The notes: generated by a model from the sequence alone, not told the origin. Shown: positions 25,403 through 42,878, counted from the whole stretch's first letter. The stretch is 62,275 nucleotides of DNA, filler included, from Choristocarpus tenellus KU-1152 (GCA_964200185.2; 11 parts of 11 records of this genome joined end to end with filler, not necessarily neighbours in it), one strand, 5' to 3'. Made by a program: numbers and translations.

Positions 25403-26104
25403 CTGCACCTTCAGAATACGTCATTTGACTTGGCATGGATTGTCTGGTTCAGAGGCCTGAGCCCCCATGAGTGAGCCCTAGCCAGCAGATGACAACATCT
25501 CATAAACGGGAAATAATAGAAAGAGAATGGAGAGACAACAACGCCCATGTTCTCCCAGTGAAGATGGTCTCTTCTGGCCTCAAAATCATCCTTATATGCG
25601 TGGTTCGCGCGCGTGGACTACTTGAATTAAGTACGGTCCTGTATTTCTCACGATTACTACAAGTTGACCAACCGAGGCCCATCAAATAAGATTAAGCATG
25701 TTGATGCGATTTACAACAAACGAACTTTCATGAAAAAAATTGTTGATCAAAAGTTTTGGCATGACAAAGATGATCCAGGAGGCGACTGCCAACACTGTAA
25801 TGTGAACTATTCACGTGTCAGAAGAATCCCTAAAGAAGTAGCAGTTGCCACAAATGTGAAAGCATTAATCTATTTGCTATTATACTACCATCTATGCTGT
25901 ACTACTTCCTGTGTCTCTAACCTACCTATTCCTACACCCGAAGTTGAGGAGCTACGGAAGCATCCCAAGAATCTAACAAGTCCCTCCTTGCCCATCTCCA
26001 CATATATATGCTTGTATCAGCACACACAACGTACGCACAACACTAGTTATTGCGATACACAATCTGCAGGTTCTGGTCGCAGATGACTATGAGGTGGAGT
26101 TAGA

Positions 26105-26353
26105 GAGTCAAAGTAAACGAGAGGTGCCCTTACGGATGCCAGCAAATATGTGCAAAATTTGGTCCTTGTTACAAAAGCATTAACGGTATCTCCCGAATTG
26201 TGTCGAAAAGTTTAAAGAAATAGAGAATTCAACCCTCTCAAGTCAAGCTTAGTCATTCATCCATAGAAAATATGGGTGAATTGCAAAAGATTGAACAAGT
26301 GGACTATACTGAAAAACAGTAAAAAATTGGGTACCTCTCGTTAACTTTGGGTT
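26105..26353 (+). mobile_element. MITE family C (about 250 bp)
   Basis: TIRs GAGTCAAAGTAAACGAGAGGTGCCC / GGGTACCTCTCGTTAACTTTGGGTT; AGA on both flanks; interior CATCCATAGAAA.TATGGGTGAATTG. Confidence 0.85.
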
Positions 26354-26800
26354 AGAGGAAAAACATGTGTCTGAGCCACGATCCATGTCTTCTATAGACC
26401 TGCTCTCGTTGAATTTCTGTTCCTCCTCTTTTGTTTCCTCGACATCATCAGGCAGATATTCTTCCTGGCGACGAAGTCTTCTTCCTGCTTTTATTTTAGG
26501 CATGTTGGTCAGTAGTAAAAATTCTACTTATCACTCTTGTCGCCAATGTGAGTGTAGTTTCTATGGTGGCGTGGTTCACTCAGGCAGGGGTGGTGAAGAG
26601 AATCGCTACGCAAGACGGAACAGACGGACCAAGACCCCTAACCGAAAAGGACAAGCTTAGCGTTGGGCATGAGGACAAGGTCCAAGGAAGTAGGGGGATT
26701 CGTGGTTTGGACGGGGTTCAGAAAAGAAACCCTTCAGAGATGTGAGATCCGCCTTCGGAAAAATTCCTAATAATGAAATGTTATGGGAAGTCCTGGTAAC

Positions 26801-26974
26801 CTATATGGTGATATAAGCCATGATAAGATTACAAAGTATCTTAATTCGGCAGATTTAGGTTCAAAGGAATTAAGGGAATATNNNNNNNNNNATAAAGATG
26901 GAGTTTTGATATTGGATGATTCTATAGAGGAAAAGCCTTACACCGATGAAAATGATATAGTAGCATATTCTTAC
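26801..26974 (+). mobile_element. Fragment of a bacterial IS701-family-like DDE transposase
   Basis: GDISHDKITKYLNSADLGSKEL-[10 N gap]-KDGVLILDDSIEEKPYTDENDIV matches the pattern SHD.ITRFL.....SKDLW....GVLI.DD.I.EK..TDEN of IS701-like transposases. AT-rich relative to the host exons. Confidence 0.75.
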
Positions 26975-28283
26975 TAAGATCCCCTCCCTACAGTTGAACC
27001 GAAGTTCCCAGAATCTCAAATGGTATATGGCACATGGCAGTAACAGTATGATAACATACATCCCTGCTTTCCCACACATGATAAAAACAAAACGTATTTT
27101 AAGTGGAATGTGCAAGTGTGCGTGGTAAGAAGCGCACCCTCCGTTCCCTTCAGAGAGATGAGTCCTATAGACTTTCTACTTTTCGGCCATTTATTCCCTC
27201 CTCCCCATAAAACAGAGGGTGGATGAATCGTAGGAATAGAAAACATGCTTCGTTTCACTCTATTTATTTAAGGAATCCAACAGTCACCATTCCACTCCAC
27301 GTTCATGCCTCCTCAGAAATAAATTTTGTATAAACAGAAGAATCAGCCCGTCCAAACAAAAATTGTTTTTGGTTTACAATGTGGAAGCTCATTACATGTT
27401 ACAAATCACGTTACAAAGTCATTCAAACCACAAATTATAGTATCTCCTGGTTGCTCTCACTCAGCTGGTCAAACTCATGCACCAACACTCTACCAGCAGA
27501 ACCACAAAGGCGGAACCAGCCGTCTACAAAATCTTTTTGAGCAGTCTCTACTCCGTCCTTGCATTGCAAATGCATGGCTTTTACCTCATGTCTAAACTCA
27601 ACCAGCGCTACATGGTAATGTTCATATGTCTAATTGTAGTAGTTTGTTGTCAGCCAGTCTGTTGGCAGGTAATGCATTTGTGTTTTGTTCCTATATTTAT
27701 ACTATATTCGCTGAGCTCTTGTCATACACAGAAGTGCAGCACACACTACTACTAATGGGAGAAGAAAGATACAAAAAAAATAACCACCATTTGCATGAGG
27801 ACATGCGTTGCATGGATGGCACCCCCTGTCGCCTTGTCTGCTCGTCATACCCATGCATCATCAATCTGTCAGCGTAGCCTTTACTGCAGGTAACTCTACG
27901 GAAAAATATTCATCTTTTAACTTGAGGGTCAATGAGCTCCACTCCTGCTCATGGCTCATGCCTGCGGAAGGCAGTCTGACTCAATTTTAGCTCAAACATA
28001 CTCAACCTCATTTCCCATTGTGTTCATCGGACCTCTCTCTGTGGAGGGCACGCAAATGTTGAAGAGGGGACATACGCAGTGCAGTGCACTTGGCACTACA
28101 TCCACTTTCCCAGCATCTTCCATCTGTAATTACTAACGTATACAAACAAGAAATAGAATAAACAAAACAACACCAAAGAGTTGGTGTAAAGTGTACAAAA
28201 AATAATGGGTGTATGGGTCAGCCACAATTCTCAACAGGACAAAATATCTTGGCCTATACTACTCACGAATCCTCTCCCTCTAC

Positions 28284-32077
<3,794 letters not shown>

Positions 32078-35000
32078 TTCACCTATTAATATAGCAAACC
32101 AAAGGGGGTATCTCTGTTGTCGTACTGCTGCCTTCACTTGTCAGGTGTGTCTGAAATGGAGAGATGCTTTGTGTCTTCAGAGTTTGATCCATGCTGGAGA
32201 TCTGTCTTTGAAAAATAAAATCGGTCGAACATAAATGGTAGATTTTTCCGCATTGAAACCAGGGGCAGGTAAAGCGCCAAACCCACACCACACAAATTTT
32301 GTTATATACATTGTACTGTAGTTGCAGAACAACAGAAAAACAAAATATACTATTTGGTTCTTCCTTGCCGATGGGGGTGACTCTCAGAACTCCTTCCACT
32401 AGAGACCCAGAACGATTCACAGAGGGCGGACCATTTTTTGTTATTCACCTACCATGTTTCAATGTTTCATTATGCTGTTGGGTTGTGGAGGGTAGGATCT
32501 CAACCACTTCACCATCCACCAGTAGGAATAATGTGGATGGTCATGATGCCATGAAATTGTTTTTCGTATTGTTAGTTGTATCATCCATACTATGCCACTA
32601 TTTCCACGAAATACTAATCACCAACTTCGTAGCTTACCGGTTTAATGGATGGTGTTTCCTTCTTGGGGTGGAAACATCCAACTATCAAACGAAATCTGTC
32701 CCACAAACTACCTACTGCACACCAATCCTATACTCATCCTGTATGTTGCTATACTATTATACAAATGCGGGAAACTCATAAACTAGGTGGCAAGGCTTCA
32801 TAGCAATGCGAAGCGGAGTCAATTGCAGCCACAAGGTAGGGAGCAGAACCTACTAGGGGTGGCATGGTTGAACCCAGCACTGGAGAAAAAAAGCGCGAAT
32901 GGAGGAAGCCCATTATTGGTTATGCAACAACTAGTTCAGTTGGTTTGAGAAGTGAGTGCAGTGCATAGTGACTCTGACCACGGACTGGGAATTTTTTTCA
33001 GGCAAGAGTGACGAATAATAAACTAAAACAATACTAATCTTGTCTTGTCGTGAGGGGCGACTGGGGTACACTCAAAGAGAACGCTGCGGCCATTGTGTCT
33101 ATGACCCAAGTAGGAATTTTTACCAGGATGACAACGACGATTATGAAGGCGTTGAAAACATTCAGGCTAATTGTGCCTGGGTTTAAGACAGAAACGATGT
33201 ACCTTTGTCCTCCCATCAAGGTCTCAGACATACTACGGATCCAGGCTTTCGGTCAGATGTGTAAGGAGAAGCCATCCCATCTTAGAGGGTGGTTGGCTTT
33301 GTGTATTTGAGGCCCCTTTCACTGACTTCTATTAGTAGTACATGCGCTTCTAGCACCCTGAAGTTTGATTTCACGCTTTGTGGACAAATAAATATATTTT
33401 TATTCTTTCACAGCCATAACCTCCTATGATGAGAGGGGTTGGCTGAATTTCACTCATGGGAATGGGGTGTCAGGCAAAATGTGTAAAACGTCCTAAATAC
33501 ACAAAATAGTCTAAAATGATCCCCTTCAAAGATAGGATGGGACAAGTTTGCTTACATTGGAGACATCATTTATATCACCGATATCAATGCCGAGATCGTC
33601 AATTTTAAAAGTCCGACAAAGATTATCCTCCTTCTGAAGATTGGGTGTGACATTGTTGAGCCAACTGCGCGAAACTGGAGACTCATGTTCTCAGTCAGAG
33701 GTCTATTGTGCATGCATGAGGGATGAGAGAACCGAAGGCATTACTGATGGGGTTTTTAAGATGTTGCTGAAGGACGGTATAAGTAGGATGGGCAGGAGAA
33801 GCACGGAACCATGGTGATGTGGTTGACATTTCTGCAGGATCACCTTGAGAAGTTTGGGATCATGACCAAGGAAAGGACTATCAAGGGTAACATATCGAAA
33901 CTGGTAGTGCGAGTGTGCGGTGATATGAAAAAGGGAGCAAGTTTGATTTTTTTTAGAGTGGCATGCTAGTGAAGCCATAATAGCTGACAACGATGTACGC
34001 CATGCTAAGGCAGTGCAGAAGGAGCGCCCAAGCAGATCAGGGCACATGTGCACTAACTACTAATACCTGCTGAATGCTGTTTTTTTCATTGCTCTCCTTC
34101 CTTTGGGTTAATTATTCTCGCATCCCTCCTTTTTCCTGTTCTCCGTGTGTGATATTTATGTGTTGAGTGGTAATCTAATTAGATGGACCGGATATCACAC
34201 TGATTTTTCCTTTCCCCTTTTCTCATAGGATCTGGCGATGCTAATGATGTTAATTGATATCCTTTTGTCCTAGCTCTACTATTAAGAAGTATACTACGTA
34301 GAACTACCGTACGGTAGTGTGTAATACTGTAGTGCAAAAGGAAACCCCCCTGTCTTCGTAATCCCCCACTGCAATATTTTGTCACTTTTCCAACGCATTT
34401 TGAAAACCTAACCTATGCCTAAACCTAACTTGTGAAATATATCCCATAACCAGCCAAGGAAACATTTTAGAAGAAGCATTGGAGGAGTATAGTGTGCACT
34501 AGGGAACCACAACTTCTCAAGGATCCACCACTTTTCACTGCTTCACACTCATTTTGGAGAACCAAGCTCTAATTCTAACCCTAACCCTGAACTGTGTATG
34601 AAAAGTGACCCTAACTTCGTTTGAGGAAGTGAAAAAAAGTATGATAGCGGGGATTCCCCAAGGATAGCGGGGTTCCCGAAGACAAGGGGGTTCCCCTTTG
34701 CACTTCCGTCCCTTAGTTTTTCTTCCCTGCCCTTCATTGGTATGGTACATCAAGTTTTTCTTATTATTATTTGCTTGGTAGGTACTACTTCAAAGTTGTA
34801 TTTTCTGCTTTATTTTTTTATTTCCCGATTTTTTTTTAAGTATTTTGATACTGCTCTCTCTCAAGCTACCTTTTGAGCACGGATCTGGAACCCCTTACAC
34901 GAATAATGTGGAAATTATATGTAGTAAGCGATACCACTATTCAGAATGTCAGTTTCCGAGCAATCTCAAGTAGTTATGCTATCAAGGTTGTCTTGGTGGT

Positions 35001-36281
35001 TTTCCTGTCTTCTTGTTTTGAAATACATCACAAGTCTTGGTGTATCTGAACGTGTATGTGAGAAATACAGATTACAAACGTTTTATTATTATGCCTGTCG
35101 AGTGGCTAAGTTCTGTATGGGGGAAATTAAGAACCACCAGAGAGAGGTGCAGTCCAGCTAAATAGTGAAGAGAGGGGGTTGAGGAATGCTTGGGCGAGGG
35201 TGGGAAAGCAGTATATTCCTCAATATCCCACTGCGATTAGCTGCATCCCTTCAGGATAGAACACAGACCCCAGCTTCGTAGTTTGAATCCATGGTTCATG
35301 TCCTGGTCAGAACTAAAGTAAACCAGAGGTACCCAGTTTTTAGTCGTTTTGCATTATAAGTCAGTTTTTCAATCTTCTGCCATTCACTCATATTTCTATG
35401 GATGAAGTGCTAAGTTTGGCTTGAGAGGATTTTTCAGTTGTTTGAAACTTTTCGACAAAATTTCGAAAAGCTCCTACACGTATTTGTAGAAAGGACGAAT
35501 TTTGCACATATTTGCCGGCATCCTTAAAAAGCAACTCTGGATACCTCACATTTTCTTTGACTATCACCTCGAGCTGGTCCTGTACCACATCGTATTGACT
35601 GGGCTCAAAGGCAAAAGGTGGTGTGCGCAACACATATGACTGTGCACGGTATTTCACGACAATTTTAGGAGATCCCAAACGGGGCCTGTCCCTGACATGC
35701 CCATTGACATGAGTGTAGAGATTGTCAAGTAGAAAAAGCAAGCAACAAAAAAGGAAGAGAACATAGTAAACACAACATCACTAGATAGAGTCAGGAGAAG
35801 AAGAACCATCATGTATGTGTACATAATACAATAGACAAAACAACAAAAGAGGACTATCAGAAAACCAACCAGAATTGTAGTGTACGTAAAACAAGAAAAC
35901 AAAAAAAGCTAAAAAAAGCAACTACGAACATCGTTGTTGGAACCCTCTCCCCATTGCATTCACTTCTCCCTATCGAGAAAAGGGATTGCTCCTTGATGTG
36001 GCCTTCGTGAAGGTTCAACCAGACTGCCACCTTACACAATCATCAGCCAACAATGGTGTCCCTGCTGCTGCAGGCGAGCCTGAAAGTCACACCACTACAA
36101 GGAAGGGATCTATTTCGACCCTCCTCTAGTTTCGATTAACAACCCCAACACCTTCATGGTGGAGATCTTCGGGTACCTTGGTACACTGGAAGGGCAATTT
36201 GTGGATGAGGCATAATAGTTTACCAAATAATATACAATGTTCACAGTTGTCACATATTTGATTTATTTCGGGCATATACTG

Positions 36282-36381
36282 NNNNNNNNNNNNNNNNNNN
36301 NNNNNNNNNNNNNNNNNNNNNNNNNTTAATTAATTAANNNNNNNNNNNNNNNNNNNNNNNNNNNNNNNNNNNNNNNNNNNN
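36282..36381. other. Artificial contig linker
   Basis: N44-TTAATTAATTAA-N44. Confidence 0.98.
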
Positions 36382-36559
36382 TAGATGTCTGTGGGGGGGG
36401 TGGCAGCTGTCCATTTTGGGTCAATTTTTTCATGTCTTGATTTCGGGGTGATTTGGTTCCATACGTCGGATGGATAATGAAAGTGCACTTTTCCTGGTTT
36501 TGGTCCAAATGAATACTCTGGTGTAGACCCCCTCCCCCCCCCCCCAGATACTTTGGGTC
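36382..36559 (+). mobile_element. MITE family B, truncated by contig start
   Basis: Same interior; right TIR CAGATACTTTGGGTC. Confidence 0.85.
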
Positions 36560-37342
36560 AAAACGCCGTAATAATAGACCACATACAACAAACAAGGTAT
36601 GAAGCAATGCAGGGCTGAAGGGGACAGTGAGGCTGAGATCACCTCTCCCATTGCATATACATATCACACATCGTACACACATGCCATAACATGCAAGTAC
36701 ACAGTCATAACCAATATTTGACCATCCAACAAACTCATCCTACGTCATTCCTTGGAGGAAGGTCCTGAAGCAGAGATGGCGGGTCAAGTGCATGTGGGTA
36801 CATCGTGCTCCAAAGAAGTCTGAGCAGCGGGGCACTGGAACTCTTTTCTTGGGTCTTGCCACAGGGCGAGTTCTTGTGTATCCCATCACCGATGCTGTTT
36901 GATGTGTCATGGTTATCATTGTTTTCTTTTGCTTCTCACGATGCGTTCCATTAGCTCGTTTTCGAGAAGAGAGCAGGTGCAAAGTAGAAAATATAAACTT
37001 GATGCTCTGCCAAACAGGGGTGTAAGGGTTGAGTGATTCCCAATGCTGACATAATGACACAAGGGTATGCTCTTTTTGTGGTAGTCTTGGAGAGGGTTTG
37101 ACCTGTGTGCAGAGCCTTGGTCCATAAAGTTGTGAGCAGACAGGGCTGTCTAGGGCAGGGGCTTGATAAGCCTAGACCCATGGTTCATCTTGGGCACGAT
37201 CATACACGAAAATATATGTATCTGCAACAAAACAATAGAATGCAGATTATCGCTAAGCTGTTTGTGTGCATGAAAACTTTGCAATGCAATTTTTGCATCT
37301 CTTAATGTGGAATTCATGATCATGATTGTCTACACTATCAAT

Positions 37343-37858
37343 GAGTGAGAGTATCTTAGAGGGTATGAGTTTTACCCTGTTTTTCCGTTTGGGGCTTGGT
37401 TTCCCACGGGTTTGTATGACATTTTACCTACTCCGAAACGTTTTGGAGTAGGTAAAATGTTTATGTTACGAAATTAGTCTAAGCATCTTAGAGGGTAGAG
37501 CCGCGTCCGTTTGGAGGTCAAAATCCAATGTTGCGATTTTGATATATTTTTGGCTATTGTATTTGTTAGGAAGTGTGAATGTTCTTGTTCCGGACATAAC
37601 ATTTCGTAACATAAACATTTTACCTACTCCAAAAAGTTTCGGAGTAGGTGAAATATCATACAAACCCGTGGGAAGCCAAGCCCCAAACGGACAAACAGGG
37701 CAAAACTCGTACCCTCTAAGATACTTCCACTCAAATGATATGTCCGGAACAAGGACACTGACACTTCCTAACACAATAGCCAAAATTATATCAAAATCGC
37801 AACATTGGATTTTGACCTCGAAACGGACGCGGCTCTACCCTCTAAGATACTTTGACTT
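37343..37858 (+). mobile_element. MITE family A, outer copy split by a nested copy
   Basis: Left TIR at 37343, right TIR ending 37858. The consensus resumes after the inner copy. Confidence 0.85.
37475..37732 (-). mobile_element. MITE family A, nested inverted copy, TSD AAAT
   Basis: AAAT at 37471-37474 and 37733-37736; both TIRs present. Confidence 0.88.
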
Positions 37859-38094
37859 AGTACCAGCACTTCCACCGGCGCTGCCCTAAGACAGCACACT
37901 GTTGCACACCCAATACCAATGCTATGCACTGGGTACGTTATGCCCCCCCCGGTCTTTCACACTATCAATTATCCCACAGGCAGTCCATGGGAACCATCCA
38001 TACCACAGAATAAATCCTATTTTATTGTAATCTATCTACGAAGATTGCAGAATGTGCTCCTCCCTCTATGACGCTCCCATAAAAACAGAAACAG

Positions 38095-38274
38095 GGCTCA
38101 AAGAATCTGGCGTGGGGGCGGCGGCTATCCATTTGGGGCCCATTTTTCCATGTCACGATTTTTTGGTGATTTGGTTCCATACGTCGGATGGAATATGTAA
38201 GTCCACTTTTCCTGGTCAGGGCCCGAATGGACACCCAGATGTAGATCCCCCCCCCCCCTCAGACACTTTCGGTC
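38095..38274 (+). mobile_element. MITE family B, TSD ACAG
   Basis: GGCTCAAAGAATCTGG...CAGACACTTTCGGTC flanked by ACAG on both sides. Confidence 0.85.
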
Positions 38275-38543
38275 ACAGTATGGCTCACAACTGCCTTTTT
38301 CCCAGAGGAAAGGAAAAAAACGGTGGGGTCTAAGACACACAAACACAATGCGAATTCTCCCTGATGTGTGTTTGGCCACCGTCTTAAAAACAGTATTTAG
38401 AAACATGATCGCCTGACTCTCGTTGTTTCTCGAATTGTGATTTAGGGGTTTCATCAGAAGGGGGGCTATTGACGGTGTATTATCTGTCAAGAAAAAAATG
38501 AATTAACTGCTGATTTTGTACTATTTCTTCAGTCTTGTCTGAA

Positions 38544-38800
38544 GAGCCAAAGTATCTTAAAGGGTAGAGCCGCGTCCATTTGGGGACCAAAATCCAATGT
38601 TGTGATTCCGATGTAATTTTGGCTATCGTGTTTATTAGTAAGCGTCAATATCCTTGTTCCGGACACACCTTCTCATGACATACACATTTTACCTACTCCA
38701 AAATATTTTGGAGTACGAAAAGTCATAAAAACCCCGAGGAAAGCCAAGCCCCAAATAGACAAACAGGGCAAAACTCGTACCCTCTAAGATACTTTCACTC
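38544..38800 (-). mobile_element. MITE family A, full length (257 bp), TSD TGAA
   Basis: GAGCCAAAGTATCTT...AAGATACTTTCACTC flanked by TGAA on both sides. Confidence 0.92.
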
Positions 38801-39596
38801 TGAACTATGACATACATATGCTACAGTAGGTGTTGAGGGTAGGACAGGTCAGAGTACCGTCTAGAGAGAAAGGGATCACAATTATGTTGTTCTCAATGTC
38901 CCACCCTGTCTAATTCAATGTGTTTATATGCACTGGGAGGATTAGGCTAGGATGAAAATAGAGTGAGCACAACATCTTGACTCTTGGTTAGAATATGCCC
39001 TGAGTAGTAGGTGTACGTCAATCAAAGAGATTCTTTGACGACCCTACATTCTTAGGTACAAAGTAACACTTTGAGGTAATTTGAAAGGGGAAATATTGGT
39101 TCCTGTCCATGGTAATGTCAGAACCCTGGGTCGGAAGCTGTGACCAGCTTTCCTCCATATAGACAGGACTTCTTCAAAAATAAGAGGGAGTTGCTTGGAA
39201 GAAAAAAGTTGATTGGATAGTTTCAAGGCGAAAATGAGTGCTCCCTTTGATATAGGAAGCAAAAGGGATTTATTTTTTTTCAAGGGTCTCTTTCAAATCG
39301 TTTCTAATCCCCAATACAAAGCAATTCAACACAACAAGCAATCTTTGCACCTGCACCACTGGCATTGAAGAATACCGCCAGCACTAGCTGCATATCGACA
39401 AGCTTCCATCAATTCACAGATCACAGAGGAAGCAGTTCCAAAGAAAGACAAAAGCCTATAATGGTGCAACGGCAATGAAGTAAAATGTTTCAACTATCCA
39501 ACACAGTAGTGTAAAGTGCCTGCCAGTGCTTTAAATACTTGAAGCACATATGTTAAGAGGTGAGGAGATATGGATCAGAAACAAGGCAGAAATACA

Positions 39597-39854
39597 GAGT
39601 CAAGGTAAACGAGAGGTACCTAGAGTTGTATTTTAAGGGATGCATATAAATATGTCCAAATTTCGGGGGGGGGTTGCAAATGCGTATATGATATTTTCCG
39701 AATTGTGTCAAGAAGGCTTCAAACAAAGAAATAAACTCTCTCAAGTAAAACTTAGCATTTCATCCATAGAAATATGGGTGAATTGAAAAAAATATTGAAA
39801 TCAGACAAAAAGAAAATCGATCATAATCTGGGTGCCTCTGGTTTATTTTGGCTC
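39597..39854 (+). mobile_element. MITE family C
   Basis: GAGTCAAGGTAAACGAGAGGTACC...GGGTGCCTCTGGTTTATTTTGGCTC; ACA on both flanks. Confidence 0.85.
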
Positions 39855-40339
39855 ACATACTAAGTACTTGAAGTATATACAGCGATGACTGCCACTATGA
39901 GAAAAAAAATAATGGCTGATTGGTGGGACGAAATGATGGTATGAAGGGTTAGTTCCACTGCCAGTCTATGATGCATGTATTTTACAGTCACTATTTCCCC
40001 TTCAATTTTGATACTGTACCCTTGACCAAACTACCTCAACTTTGCTCATGCTATCAACAACACGATCTCCATGAACACAAACAGTTGCATCTGAACACTT
40101 CAAGCATAATTATGAGCCGAACCCATGTAATATGAAATGGACAACGCAAAGAATGTCATCCACCTGTATTGAACTTGACTCCCTGGTGAGTGTGAGTTGT
40201 TTGGGGGGGAATGGACTGTGTCAAATGTGGGGGTACTTGCCAACATAACTCTTTGGAAATCATACCTATTGCTTGTTTGTGGTAGAGGATTCAAAAAGAA
40301 CTCAAGACGTTACAGTGTCACCATGGTCAGATCCAAAGT

Positions 40340-40416
40340 GGGTCAAAGTATCTTGGGGGGGGGTGGGTGGTTTGTGAGGGGGCGTCCGTCTCGGTCAAAC
40401 AACATTTTTTTTTGCT
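40340..40416 (+). mobile_element. Family D element left end (runs off contig)
   Basis: GGGTCAAAGTATCTTGGGGG...GGTTTGTGAGGGGGCGTCCG. Confidence 0.75.
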
Positions 40417-40516
40417 NNNNNNNNNNNNNNNNNNNNNNNNNNNNNNNNNNNNNNNNNNNNTTAATTAATTAANNNNNNNNNNNNNNNNNNNNNNNNNNNN
40501 NNNNNNNNNNNNNNNN
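40417..40516. other. Artificial contig linker
   Basis: N44-TTAATTAATTAA-N44. Confidence 0.98.
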
Positions 40517-42878
40517 CGCACTTACGGCACTTGTGGATTGAGTAGAAAGGTGGACTCGGTGTATATGAACGCATCTTGCAGAGGTTTCCCGCGGCACAAA
40601 GCATGGCTTCCACTTTATTTCCCTACCAGCAACGTACTGTACTGCTGTGTGGTCATGACTCAGGAAGAAAGGCACTATTCGCGAGAAAATTTTACCCGCG
40701 CGCTAAACTCGCGTGAATATCTCCCCGATTTTGTACCAAGTCGCCCGAATACAAGAATTCCGGTACAAAAGCCTCTTTTTTTTTGTATGTCGAAAAAAGC
40801 GGTACAAAAATGGGTTTGGTGCATAATATTTGGTATTAAATCGGGGGTAGGTACTGTATATATATATATATTGGGGTTCTAAACAGGGTAGTTCGAGTCT
40901 TCCTTTTCCTTGGGAATCAAATATTTAAAAAGGGAAATTTTGCTCTCTTCACATATATATTGAAATTTCTTTGTATGTGACGGCGTTGAACTAGAACAAT
41001 TGAAAACTTACAAACGTATATATGTAGGTACGTATTTACAACTCTCCATCTTCTATTACTTCATTAGTGCGACAGGGTCAAAACGTTGGGTTTGCATCTT
41101 TTTTCACATATAATTTCCGCATTCGAATAATTATATGATAGTGCGTAAAAAAAACCTTTCGCCAAACCACATATGCAACAAACCCCACACTCGCTCACTC
41201 ATTTAACAACCAACGAGCCTGGACAATATACAGGAATCGTTGTCACTGTTCTTGGAGAGGACCATACCCATCACGCCGCAGATGTAGGATGGCCACCCGT
41301 CAGCCACTAGGGGATCTGGCTAGCATAGGGAATGAACTTGTGGACTCCGGAGGGGTAGACCCCAGGACATCACAATGGTAAGATCAGGCCTCCATCGCAG
41401 CTAGACACACTCCAATGTAGCCTATGCGTTCTGTAATTACCAGAACGAGGGATTCGTGCTTGAAGACTAGGCATAACGAAGGATATGGTGACCATATCCT
41501 TCCGAAATCACATCTTTGCATCGAATTCAGAGACACGTGGTGTTCACCAGTTACACCGTAGGTCGGAACTGGTAACGCGCACATCCTCCCATCAAGAGCA
41601 GGACAAAGCCTAAGGACGAAGTTCATGTTCTTCAATATGTCGTTTCCGATCCGTATCGGAAATAAACGATATTCCTTTCTGTTTCTGTTTCCAACCCTAA
41701 CACCTGTCCCAACCCAAACCCTGTGTCTCAACCCCAACACCATCCCTAACCCCTACAATCCTGAAATTATACCAACACATTTTTCGCTCTTCCTTTATCC
41801 ACCAATCTCATGTCATTTTTCCATACTTCACCGTACATCAAACTATGGCAAATGTTGCGGCGGTCCACATAACAACTTATTTGAAGGCACACTCATCCAA
41901 TCCATCATCCTCGATTTTCCAACAATTCAAGCACAATCTCATATCCCCCATAGAGAAGGAGGCCACAAAAATGGTATGTGCATCTGGAGATATGTATAGA
42001 CCTACACCACATGAAACGTTGGGCATCCCTTCCACCAAAAAACCCATCCTACACAGCTTACCATACAACAGAACCCATCAATCGTAGTACATACATGAAC
42101 TAATATTTTGGGGGGTGACACACACCAAGCATTTTTCAACTGTTTCCAAAAATTCAAATGAAGGCATACCCTCTACCGTACGGTAGACTACCTCAATTCA
42201 CTTCATCCTACGTGCTTCATGGTATGTATTCATAACCTTTTTGATGTCGCTCGCAAGTGTCCGCGTACGCAAGCCACACCTTTTCAGGATATTCTAACCA
42301 GGGCGGTTTCGGTTCTCGATGTCTCAAACCCACCCTTGTCGACGTGTTGAGCGCTGTGTGTCACCTAGCACGAACACTTCATGACCAAATATTGTGCACG
42401 CCCCCCTCGTCCGAACAAAGTGGCAGCGTTACCGATGTTCCCATCATCAACATCAAACTCAAGTGTCAAAAGGAAACAAGCCCACCAACTCATTTCGTAA
42501 CCTCATTTAAATCCCACTCAGGAAACGGGGACTCAAGAGACTGCCCATGACCAGTGCCGCTCGTTCGTGGAAGAGATCAAAAACGGACCAGATCATGGAC
42601 CTCTTCATCTCCATGTTTGCCAACCACAATGGTCTAGAAGAGATGGAAGGAAGCGACCGCACTTGGAACGACCTTACCTCTTGGTTATTGGATGAGAAAA
42701 GCAGGGGTGCACCATTGGTGGGAGCACTGAGAGTTGTGTTAGCTCGGGAAAATCGCGAGTTCACGCCCGATCTCCAGGCCAAGACATTCCTAGAGTGTCT
42801 AAAGAAAGATCTTAGCACTGAGGACACCCGCCAGGTGTATAACTCCCTTCACATCGACACGCCGGGCAGCATGCTAAT

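Noticed and set aside
26354-26503. Short charged ORF MPKIKAGRRLRRQEEY... cut by a family C MITE
   Set aside because: Only about 50 codons, and it hits a stop soon after the MITE is removed. No homology was recognised.
26832-26842. CAAAGTATCTT inside the IS-like fragment matches the MITE TIR core
   Set aside because: An 11-bp match within a coding frame (TKYL), with no GRG terminus or partner TIR; probably chance.
35280-35315. tRNA B-box-like GGTTCATGTCC
   Set aside because: No cloverleaf or A-box could be built, so no tRNA or SINE call was made.
33050-35741. Protein-like fragments (33050-33310 +, 33540-34050 +, 35388-35741 -)
   Set aside because: No recognisable motif or consistent splice structure. 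Possibly decayed transposon ORFs, but unsupported.
40673-40720. CACTA-like start CACTATTCGCG upstream of the decayed transposase-like ORF
   Set aside because: No matching inverted end was found on the contig.
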